Shown here piece after piece: positions 1 to 10,000 of a DNA stretch of 64,000 nucleotides. A model generated the notes under the pieces. The model was given only the letters and a program-made list of their open reading frames with translations, searched no databases and was not told the origin of the DNA. Position numbers and translations under genes: made by a program. The DNA lies in NCBI GenBank assembly GCA_964187785.1, contig OZ076413.1:65038001-65102000 (forward strand), read 5' to 3'. Within the stretch, counting starts at the first letter, position 1. Each line of letters starts with the position of its first letter. The stretch is from Amphiscolops sp. MND2022 (lineage: Eukaryota).

Positions 1-58
1 AACACGAAAAGAACTGGAGCTTCTAGTAACAACCAAGAAAACAAACCCCCTGCTAGGT

Positions 59-2425
59 TTGGATTGGATGAAAAAATTGGGAATAACGTTGGAGACTGGT
101 ACGACCGTCCCACAAATACATCGAATAAAAGAAGACACAGATGTAACAAAATTAAAAACAAAATTCAAAAAGCTGTTCAATGAAAACCATACAGTAAACG
201 GGCTAGAAGTGAAAATACAACTGAAAGAAGATGCCAAATTGATACAACAGAAGGGAAGACCCATACCGATACATTTGCAACAATCGGTGGAAAAAGAAAT
301 AGAAAAGTTAATAAAACAAGGCCACATTGAAAAGGCCAACAATATTGACGAAAATTGCTTCGTGAGCCCAGCAGTCATCACGGTAAAGAAAGATAAATCC
401 GTAAAAATTGCGTTAGATTCAAGAAAGCTAAACGAAATAACCGTGAAACGAAAAGCTCAAATGCCAAACATGGAAGAGCTAATTTCGAGAATATCGAGAA
501 AAATAGCAGACGGTCCAGCAGATGAAATCTGGATTTCCAAATTCGATTTAGACTATGCCTACGGTCAGCTCATACTTTCAAAATCAGCCAGAAACTTGTG
601 CATATTCGCGGTAACCGGAGGAAACTTCACCGGTTACTACCGCTTCCTAAAAGGATTTTACGGGTTAGCGGATATACCGACGATATTCCAAGAAAAGATC
701 GACCAGACACTGGAAAACAAACATCCAGCATGGCTAGATGATATCATCGCGGTAACGAAAGGATCCAAAGAAGAACACATGAAAGAATTAATTGACGTCC
801 TAACCAAACTCGAAAACGCTGGATACAGACTGAGTGAGACAAAACCCGAATTTTTCAAAACAGAAATTGAATGGATCGGTCACCGGATAGATCAAGCCGG
901 AATCCGACCGTTACAAGATAAACTACTGGCTATAAAAGAATTGAAACAACCGAACAACGAAAAGGAATTAAAATCCTTTTTGGGAGCCATCCAGTATTTG
1001 TCAAAATATATTGACAACCTTTCCGCCCAAACCGATAGTCTGAGACAGTTGTTGAAAAAAAATACCAAATGGCTCTGGACGAAAGAACATACACGGGCTT
1101 TCGAAAATTTAAAACAAAAGATCACGGAAATACCGTGTCTAGCACATTACAACTCCGATTATCCAAACGTGATAACAACCGACGCGAGCACAAAAGGCCT
1201 AGGGGCAACCTTATGGCAAGAACAACCGAACGGAACACTAAAACCCATTGGTTTTGCAAGTCGCTTCCTATCAGACACAGAAAAAAAATACGCCATCAAT
1301 GAACTCGAACTACTGGCAGTAGTTTGGGGCCTAGAACATTTCCGTCTATACATTTATGGTAAACCTATTAAACTCTTGACGGATCACCAGGCATTAGAAC
1401 CATTAATTAAACGAAATCGCTCCAATAAAACATATAGCGCACGCTTAACACGGTGGTTGGACCGGTTAGCACATTTCACGATCAACGTAAACCATATAGC
1501 AGGCAAACACTTAGCACTCACGGATTATCTCAGCAGAAATCCGGTATTACCACCACAAGCGGACGATACGTACGACGAAGAATACGTAATCTACAATATC
1601 ATTCCACACTACAGCTTCATCTCCAAATACGGTTGCCTTAGCAACCATGCGAGCCAATCAGAAAACGGTACCGAGATAAGTGAACGCAAATCGAACAACG
1701 AGCCATCGACAAACGACACGCGTGAACAAACTGCCATTGATTGCCTTAACAGCGCCGTACACACACGCTCAAAGCCAAACAAATTAAACAACTTAAAGCA
1801 TACCACACTAAAAATGGATGCTAAAACGATCGAAAACATCGAAGCAAGATTTAATTCCGCTGAAATAACCGAGCTAACGACTCGGTGGAAAGAAATTGTC
1901 AAACCCGGAATTTACCGCATGACCGGGGGGAGATGGAAACGCTACCATGAACCTAAATTCCTTCGCAACGAGAGGAAAGTCATAGAGGAACGACTACAAC
2001 AACTTACCAGTAATCGACAACCAGAAGACCTTCGACAAATTATCGGACCGCAACACAAAGGGGGCTATCAACCACAAACCGGTCACTCCGAGCAATGGAC
2101 AGTGGACCCATATTGGGACATGGACCGACCAACCCCAGTTCAACCGGACAAACCTGGCCCATCCTCCGCACCAATCCCGATGGAAGAAGGTGAGATTGAC
2201 TCGAAAACGGACCAAGACCCTTCGGTCCTAGAGGTGCCAGCAATAAATTGGGCACGATACGTCGGGGTAAAAAGTGTCCAGTATGTAAAGATGGGACGCG
2301 CACCAAGAGTCGCAGCAGAAGAGCGAAATGAATGGAATCTCGAACACGCAGTGCGGGAGACAGAAAAGAACTTCTCCACGGATTTGCAGCTATTGATGAG
2401 ATCACAAACGACCCCAGCTTGCTAA
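59..2425 (+). CDS. Pol: reverse transcriptase + RNase H + long spacer
   Basis: RT motifs LDSRKLN, DLDYAYGQ, WLDD and LKSFLG. RNase H motifs TDASTKGLGATLWQ, ELELLAVVWG, TDHQAL and DYLSR. Confidence 0.92.
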   Translation: MDWMKKLGITLETGTTVPQIHRIKEDTDVTKLKTKFKKLFNENHTVNGLEVKIQLKEDAKLIQQKGRPIPIHLQQSVEKEIEKLIKQGHIEKANNIDENCFVSPAVITVKKDKSVKIALDSRKLNEITVKRKAQMPNMEELISRISRKIADGPADEIWISKFDLDYAYGQLILSKSARNLCIFAVTGGNFTGYYRFLKGFYGLADIPTIFQEKIDQTLENKHPAWLDDIIAVTKGSKEEHMKELIDVLTKLENAGYRLSETKPEFFKTEIEWIGHRIDQAGIRPLQDKLLAIKELKQPNNEKELKSFLGAIQYLSKYIDNLSAQTDSLRQLLKKNTKWLWTKEHTRAFENLKQKITEIPCLAHYNSDYPNVITTDASTKGLGATLWQEQPNGTLKPIGFASRFLSDTEKKYAINELELLAVVWGLEHFRLYIYGKPIKLLTDHQALEPLIKRNRSNKTYSARLTRWLDRLAHFTINVNHIAGKHLALTDYLSRNPVLPPQADDTYDEEYVIYNIIPHYSFISKYGCLSNHASQSENGTEISERKSNNEPSTNDTREQTAIDCLNSAVHTRSKPNKLNNLKHTTLKMDAKTIENIEARFNSAEITELTTRWKEIVKPGIYRMTGGRWKRYHEPKFLRNERKVIEERLQQLTSNRQPEDLRQIIGPQHKGGYQPQTGHSEQWTVDPYWDMDRPTPVQPDKPGPSSAPIPMEEGEIDSKTDQDPSVLEVPAINWARYVGVKSVQYVKMGRAPRVAAEERNEWNLEHAVRETEKNFSTDLQLLMRSQTTPAC

Positions 2426-4376
2426 AAACCCTGGTATGTCTCGAAAGACAACAGCACGAAATGATACCGGATGAGTATCAAACGGTCAGAAGAAAACTAT
2501 CCAGCCGGTTCGGTCTTGTTTTCATGGAAGACAGAATTATAGTACCAAAAAACCTCCGAACCACAGTCATCAGCCTTTTGCACAAAGGACATCTAGCCAT
2601 CAATAAGATGACTCTGGCGGCTCGACACTTCTGGTGGCCGAAGATGACAGAAGCCATACAGAAAAATGTGAAACTTGCATCCCCTGCAAAATGTCCGGTA
2701 AGAGCATAAAACCTAACATACCCAGCACGGAAAAAAATAACCTACCCCCGGTGAATAGTCCGAACGAAGAAATCCAATTGGATTTCATCGGACCAATCAC
2801 GGACAATAACCGTCGATTTTATATATTACTATCCATTGACCGGTACAGTAAATGGCCGGCAGCCAGTTTCTGCAAACACACCGACGGGGAAACGGCGGTA
2901 AAATTCCTTGAACAATATATTCAACTGAACGGTATACCAAAGACAATTAGAACCGATAAGGCGACTGCGTTTACGGGCCGCACTTTCCGCAATTTCTGCA
3001 AAAAAACACTACATTAAACTGATCTACGGAACACCGTACATCCACACCCCCACAGGCTTAGTAGAAAGAGGGGTCTAACGAACATTAAGGCCGGAGAACG
3101 ATTCGGAAAAGCTCTAGACTTGTCATTAGACGTGATGAGAAAAACACCTCACACGAAACTAAAGAAGTCCGCATTCGAACTACATTACGGTCGAAAACCA
3201 AACACGGAAATCTCTAATCTGTTAAGCTTAGATAACTTGAAAAATCTAACAAAGAATTCCATTTCAGGGAAACCAGATATCTTACAGGTAGATTCATTCA
3301 GCGGAGTTGGCGGTGTCTCCGACCAGCTACCGATGAAGACAAGAAAAAGCGATAAAGGAGTTAGTAACCACCCTTTCCTTTTCTTAGAAAAAAAACATCA
3401 CAAAACAAAGTTCGAAAGTGCATATACAGATAAACCGAATATAGCTATTTCGGAAACGAACCATACCGTAACAACGCCAAACGGAAGAATAATACACAAG
3501 AAATCTATTAGTAAACCCATCTGTAATTTTAACCAGGAATGCAACAACAACAGAGGAACTGGGCCGAGAGGGCCAGACGGCCGGTTTACAAGATCACCAT
3601 CAAAACCGAAGAGGGCATACGTGATCGAATCAGACACCGAGACACCGCTACCAGAGATCAGCAGCCCAATCACCACGGACCAACCGGACAACGCCACGGT
3701 GAGAAACGGTACGTATGGCAGAGGCAGACCAGTGAAATTAATACGAGACCGGAGAAACTCAAGCCCCCACCAATCCCCACCAGGAGGGACGGGCAGCACT
3801 GGCCCACTTACCATCATCGCAGCCAACATGACAGACACGGAGATCAACCGTGCTATCGAAGACGCTAGACAAGCGAATGATGAACTTTTTATCAGAGATG
3901 ATAATGGTAAGGTGTTTAAAAATCTGACTTCTTTTCCTAAAACGGGGGAAGAGAACAACTTTGAAAATTCTGAATTAGACTTGATCAGTAATCTGAGCTC
4001 TAGCACTGAATTAGAAGCAGATATTAAACACGAAGAAGAAAAAACAGTACGCAGATCAAAAAAACTAACAAAAACCAACCCAATTGTTAGATATAATAAC
4101 CCGGTATGTCATGATTACAGGAAACACCGTAGAAAGGCTGAACCTGAACCAAATGGAAACGGAACCAAGCAACCTCAACTAGTCCATACAACGGACAGCA
4201 AACTGACGTCACGGACAAACACTCACCGTGACAACCACACAAGCGAGGATCGGTCATCCGTCCATAAACAACTGGACCATTGGAGGAACTACCGCCATAC
4301 AGTAGAAGAACAGAAACCCATTGGCCGAACATCAGCCAATAGTGAGGGGGGAAATGTAGAGAGTACAGACAATTAA
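2332..4376 (+). pseudogene. Integrase in three frameshifted pieces (Zn-finger, DDE core, long C-terminal extension)
   Basis: HKGH..HFWWP..CETCIPC (HHCC), IQLDFIGP and RTDK occur in ORFs 2332-2709, 2634-3017 and 3120-4376. Frames break at ~2400, ~2660 and ~3005. Confidence 0.88.
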
Positions 4377-4545
4377 CTTAATTAGTCTATAAACTGTCTA
4401 CTACACTTGTAATTGATGTTCTTTTATTTAAATACCTGCCACTTAAGCGCAGATGATCTACTATCAGAAAGCTTGTATAGTAAGCTAGAAAACAATTGAG
4501 TTTTGTACTGAGATACTTCTTTAACCATAAAGCTAGATTACAACA
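4355..4545 (+). repeat. 3' LTR of element A (191 bp)
   Basis: TG...CA termini and an adjacent PPT; ends resemble the LTR ends of element B. Confidence 0.8.
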
Positions 4546-4886
4546 GCGAACAAATTTCGGCTTTCCGTTTAAACTTTGAAAAAATCTGAGTTCTATTTGT
4601 AAAATACGGCAGTATCTTTAAGTAAAAAGAACGATAGCAACATACCAGCTAAGTACCTCAATAAATTTTCCTAAAATTCAATAAAATGGAGCATTCTTTG
4701 GTCTCTCGGTAACTGAAACTTTTAAGCATGGTTCGTCACACCTTTCTCGACTTTTCCCTCTTGTAGGCTCTGAAAACTAAATACTGATCCTATGATGCTT
4801 GAACGCTGATGACTTAAAATCTATTCATATACCTATCAATACCTATTCGCATTTGCATGTCTTGTATTACCATTCATGTTAATAAT

Positions 4887-5130
4887 TCATCCCTTGCTGT
4901 AAATGAAGCCCCCTGTTACCATTTGCCCGATGCTGATTCCAATGGAGAGCCAGAAACTGACTGTGCTCAAAACATACAACCTCACTTCTGTTTCATCTAC
5001 AGAACCTTGCTTCGAGGCCGCTTTCTCACCAATCAGAAAACTCCCAGTGTACGAAGCGGGCACACTCAATCCAATCAGTATCAACGCGGTGTATAAAACC
5101 ATAAGGTGCCAAGTAAAAATAAGAGAGTTC
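4887..5130 (-). CDS. SLC18B1-like MFS transporter, exon with TM10-TM11 (boundaries uncertain)
   Basis: Reads LIFTWHLMVLYTALILIGLSVPASYTGSF...SFWLSIGISIGQMVTGGFIY. No phase-compatible AG acceptor was found, and an in-frame TGA follows SKG. Confidence 0.7.
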
Positions 5131-5489
5131 AATTTTGATTTGCCCTCAACAAAAACAGCGAACTAATTTAGAACAAAGGCAAGAAAAAAAATGCCATTAT
5201 AGAACGCTGTATCCATATTTGAATGATCTATGATCTAGTTTCAGATCTGTAGAGACTTCTCAGTTCACAACCTTTCAAGGCCCTTCGTTAGACAATTTGA
5301 TTTTCTTTTTCTCAGAGGCGTATTAGCAGAATATACGATAAATATCTCAGTGCCACTGCGCCTCATGTTTCGTTATCAGTAATGTGGCGTCCGGAAGAGC
5401 ATGGCAAATAGGGAACATTGTATCACGTGTTCAATGCTAAGATTATAGAATGATGTGTGCTAACTCTGATAGATTACTATTTTACTGTA

Positions 5490-5965
5490 CGTAACTTATT
5501 AGTCGGCGCTTCATGAAGTGAAACGCGACTATACTAGTGACTCGTTTTTTTTCGATCCACACGAACTGGCCAAAATCGTTCTACAAAAGTTCTACGAAAT
5601 TTTATGGTGTCAAATTGAACCAATCGGCCTAGCGAACAGAATCAAAAAGCTTTTTCCTTTTTTTCCTCGTAACATACAGTACCGTGCGAGACTAAAGAGT
5701 CCCTCCTTTCAGTTTTTTGGCATTGTGCGACTCTTTTTCGAAAATTTTCCCCCAAATGGTCCCTTCAATTTTTTGATGTTTTGCAACAAAGGATGTTTAA
5801 AAATCCGAAAGGGCGCGCCATGTCGATCGTTTGGGTTTTTCGAAATGGTTTCGAAACTCTTTTTGTGAGTTTGATACTTTGAGTTTTTTGCCACTTTCAT
5901 GTCTTTTTGCTATTTTTGAGCCTTAGATATGGCGCCGACTTGTGCCGTTCCCGGCTGTTTTTTTC
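5490..5965 (-). mobile_element. Copy of the same subTIR repeat family
   Basis: AGTCGGCGCT at 5501 and GGCGCCGACT at 5931, with shared internal GGGAC..TTT and GTGCC(A/G)AAAAA motifs. Confidence 0.6.
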
Positions 5966-6049
5966 CAAATAGTGTGTAAATCCTATGAAGCAAAACATTC
6001 ATAAAGTTTTCGATAGCCGTTTGTTTGTTACGTTGAACTCTACGTGTAC

Positions 6050-6406
6050 CTTGCAGGTGGATACAGTTGCGGCAGGAAGAGAAGGAAGTATCCTACTGAG
6101 CCAGTCAGCAATGATAGCAGGTATATTTTGCCACAGAACCCCAAATCAATCAGATAGCCAAACACAAGACTGGCAACAGTTGCCGTGGCAAAAGCTGCGA
6201 AGAAAAATTCCCCGTTACTCTCTGAGTCATAGCCGTAAGCATCAAGTAAGTAAGGCCCGAGCGCCACGCTTGTGAAACCTACTGTGGAATACACTGTGAT
6301 CAAAGGAAGTGCTGCTAACACGACGTTGGGTTTGAAAACATGCCAAAGCACTGAAACCCCAACTTTTCCTTTCTTTTTATCAACCATTTTATACGATGAT
6401 ACAGCC
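6050..6406 (-). CDS. SLC18B1-like MFS transporter, loop plus TM7-TM9
   Basis: Reads FKPNVVLAALPLITVYSTVGFTSVALGPYLLDAYG...LVFGYLID. Donor AAG|GTACAC at 6050/6049. Confidence 0.8.
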
Positions 6407-6415
6407 CTAATTATA

Positions 6416-6796
6416 CAGGGTCTTTCAGAAAGTATGTGTCAACTTTAATTTCAAATATCTCAAAAACTACTACTCAGAACGTAACGATATTTCAACAGAT
6501 TTTGAACAATATATGTAAGTTTTCTTTTCGATACATTAAAAGTTAATTCATCCACGTTAGGTGCTGGAAATGACCTCCATTCTTATCATTATCTTCACGC
6601 AGCTGTGATCGCTTCCCAATATTGAATATTGAAAATTCACTTTCCACTCAACAACAAAAATGAGTGGAAGAAAAAAACATGAATCAGAATTTACCATATT
6701 TTTCTCAAAAACCTTAAAAAACATTTTTGTTGAATTCGATCATTGTCTCACAATTTGAAGATAATTTTGACACCACATAATTTCTGAAAGACCCTG
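6416..6796. mobile_element. Tc1/mariner-type MITE (381 bp)
   Basis: 16-bp perfect TIR CAGGGTCTTTCAGAAA, with TA duplicated at 6414-15 and 6797-98; no coding capacity. Confidence 0.92.
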
Positions 6797-7051
6797 TAGG
6801 ATCCACTCTTTTCCGGGACGATGATACAATTCTCCCAGGAATGGCTAAGATGCAAATGATTGCAAGAAACGCTTCGAAACAACCAGCTACGTTGAAAGGT
6901 GTTGAGAAGCCCCTCCAGGAGAAAAGTACGTTGCCCACTATTGGGCCCAGCATTTGCCCGGCTCCGTAGGCAGTTTCGATCAACCCCACAATCAGTCCTT
7001 CGTTGCTGGGGTAGAAAGAGGTAATGACCGAGAAGCCGGTGCCCCACGCTC
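6793..7051 (-). CDS. SLC18B1-like MFS transporter, TM4-TM6
   Basis: GLIETAYGAGQMLGPIVGNVLFSWRGFSTPF matches the MFS motif-C region of SLC18B1-type proteins. Acceptor TTTTTCAG| at 7052. Confidence 0.85.
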
Positions 7052-7090
7052 CTGAAAAACATGGACGTTGTCTCTGAGTTTGATTATCAC

Positions 7091-10000
7091 TGTAAAGGCT
7101 GATTCTAGTAGCTAAGGCGTTCGAACCGTCGGCCTGTCCCTGGGATAATTTTAACATGCAAAAAATTGTAAAGCTCCCGAAAACTCTACAAATCCGTGAT
7201 GAAAACTGAATATTTCAACTTCTAAAACACTTACAACTTGCTTTTAAGAAGTCAATTTTCCGTTCTCATATGGTTATACAACATCTCAGGTACATCGACT
7301 AATAGAGTAAACAATATAGAAGTAAATATTTATGCGTAAATATGAAGTTATGAGAGTAAATCCGCTGATTTACAACAAGTAACTACACTTTCGTGATCAG
7401 TAAATACACTATCTTGGGCACTTTCTGCTTATCTAAGTAGGCTAATATTGGCTACAAATACTCAAATATGTTCTCACAACACGATCACAAACAAATATGA
7501 GGGCTAAAGTGGGTTAAACAGGAAATGGAGGGCAATATTTGCGAGAAAAGTGATATATTGATGGAAAAGTCCAAAAAACACCCATAAAAACTTTTTTTGA
7601 AAAAAAGTTGCTTTGATTTCCAGTTTTTTGTGCTAAATCGGTAGTTTGGCTCAAATAATTGGGTTCACCGCTATTTTGGGGTTGGTTCTTTCATTGGGGT
7701 CGGAGTTATGACACTGCAAAGTCACCCAATTTGAGGTCTTCTTTCTGTCCTGCATTTCAGGCCTTTTCATCGCCGGCCCTGTGTTTCTCTTGGGGAGGAA
7801 CACACCCAATGTCGTCCAACACACGGGACAACTTGACTGTAGGTCGAGAAAGAACTCCAGATTGGGTTAGGATGTCACAAGATCGAATATTGCTATCATT
7901 CCCAAAATGGCATCTTTTGACTCTATCAAGGCGGTAAAAACCTCGTTTTTCACGATGGTCGATAATCCACACCAGGTCGTTTTCTTTCAATTGCGGACCT
8001 TCCTTGTACCATTTCTGGCGAATATTGTGCACCGGAAGATACTCTTTCAACCATCTTGCCCAAATCTTGTCCATGTGAGCCTGAGCGACCCGGAACATTT
8101 TCCTGTGATTTTGGTACTTTTGCGCATCTGGCAAATATGGATACTCGGCCGGCCCAATAGAAAATGATGAGGTGTCAAAGCCTCCATGTCGGAAGGATCA
8201 TTAGAGTTAGGCGTTAGTGAGCGAGAATTTAGCAGTTGCTCAGTGAGACAAAGAATCGTAGCTAAAAGCTCGTCAGTAAGTCTCTGACCATTCAAAACGT
8301 GGTATATGGCCTGTTTGCAAGTCTTCACCATTCTCTCCCAAGAACCTCCGAAATGTGGCGCTGCAGCAGAGTTGAATTTCCAAACTATCTTCTTTTGACG
8401 AAGTTTTTCTTGGAGATCGTTATTTTGGCACATTGATGCAAACTGCTTCAGCTAGTTGTTCGTACCAACGAAGTTTGTACCATTATCGCTCCAAATTGTA
8501 GTTGGGTGACCTCTTCTGGCAATGAATCGTATAACAGCACTCAGACAGGAGTCAGTATCTAGCGAATACACCATTTCAAGGTAGAGAAGGTCAGCCATGA
8601 TTGGGGTTTGGACAACGGCACTGTATTTCCTACATGGAACGCAGCGACTTTTGATGTTCCGCAAGGCGTTTCTGAGGCCCAATATCCAGAATTTCTGTTG
8701 CAATCCATGTCGCATACTCTCAACACCTTGATGATAATTGTCCAAATGACAATTCAGCAACATCAGTCGTGTTGCAGGATGTTTGGATGGCAGAAGAATT
8801 GGGTGTTTAGTATCGAATTCGAAATCAGCTTTTGATAAACGTCCACGTGCTCTCATAATACCCTGATTGTTGATAAACGGGCAAAGTTGTGCAATGTTTG
8901 ATTTAGAAGATAACTCCTTTCCATTGACTAGGGTATCATATTCAGTCGCAAAAGATTCCTTTTGAATCAATTTGAATATGATTCGCTCCGCATAGTGACA
9001 TTCGTCCAATGAAATCACTCCTCTATTTTGATTGCGTCGTCTCCAGCGCAATATGTAGCAAATTGTGTGAATTAATTTAGTCCAAGAACTGAATCGTTCC
9101 CATTGTATCTCAAGTGGCTTGTTTGGCAATAGAGTAACCACTTGAGACGTTTCTGAAGTGTCCTCAACAATAGTACAGGCAGCAATAGTTTTTGGCCAGT
9201 GAGCTTCGTTCTCACTCAGCCACGCCGGCCCGTTTAGCCACACACTCGACGCAATTTCATTGGCTCGCATTCCTCGCGTGCCAAGGTCTGCTGGATTTTG
9301 TGCGCCAGAGATATGATTCCATTCACCCAGCTTGGTATTTTCCAAAATTTCACCAATACGATTTGCAACAAAAATTTGCTGCTTCTTTTCAAATGCATTC
9401 AACCATTGTATTACTGTTGATGAATCACTCCACATGAAAACTTGATTTATGGTGAAATCGTGTTCTTCTATGATGGATACCTTTATCCGTGAAGCATGAA
9501 GAGCTGCTTGATGCTCCAGTTTTGGAATTGTAGTAGTTTTGATAGGAGCCACTCTTGTTTTCCCCATTACGAAAGAAACTTTAACTTTGTCATCAATCTC
9601 AAATCTCAAGTAGGCGACGACACAAAGTCCCATTTCTGATGCATCGGCAAACACATGTAATTGTACATTACTGCCACGCTGCCAGCCATAATGTCGGTTT
9701 ATTGAGCGTTTCTTCAGGGCTGGAATTTCTTGTGACCAATCGAGATATTGTTTTGCAACATCTTGCGGAATTTCTTCATCCCAAGATTTCAAAGCTTTCT
9801 GCCAACTAAGTCGTAAAATAAGACGAATTCTGATTGTGAAGGGTGAAGCCAGTCCCAATGGATCAAAGATGGAGGATGCCACGGACAGAACTACTCTGTG
9901 AGTGATTATGGTATGCTCTTTGCCTGCGAAGCCACGACACAATTTGAGGTCGTCCGAGATGAGATTCCAATCCAAACAGAAAGCAGTAACACTCTCCACA

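Larger units (their letters stand above)
1..4545 (+). mobile_element. Ty3/gypsy LTR retrotransposon A (5' part outside the window), frameshifted integrase
   Basis: RT-RNaseH-integrase order. Polypurine tract GAGGGGGGAAA (4344-4354) precedes an LTR TGTAGAG...ATTACAACA (4355-4545). Confidence 0.92.

Noticed and set aside
658-4332. Many 60-230 aa ORFs antisense to pol and to host exons across the window
   Set aside because: They are shadow ORFs of real coding strands, with no independent motifs.
6393-6828. 11-bp direct repeat ACGATGATACA on either side of the MITE
   Set aside because: It does not abut the TIRs (the TSD is TA); it corresponds to a repeated VSS coding motif.
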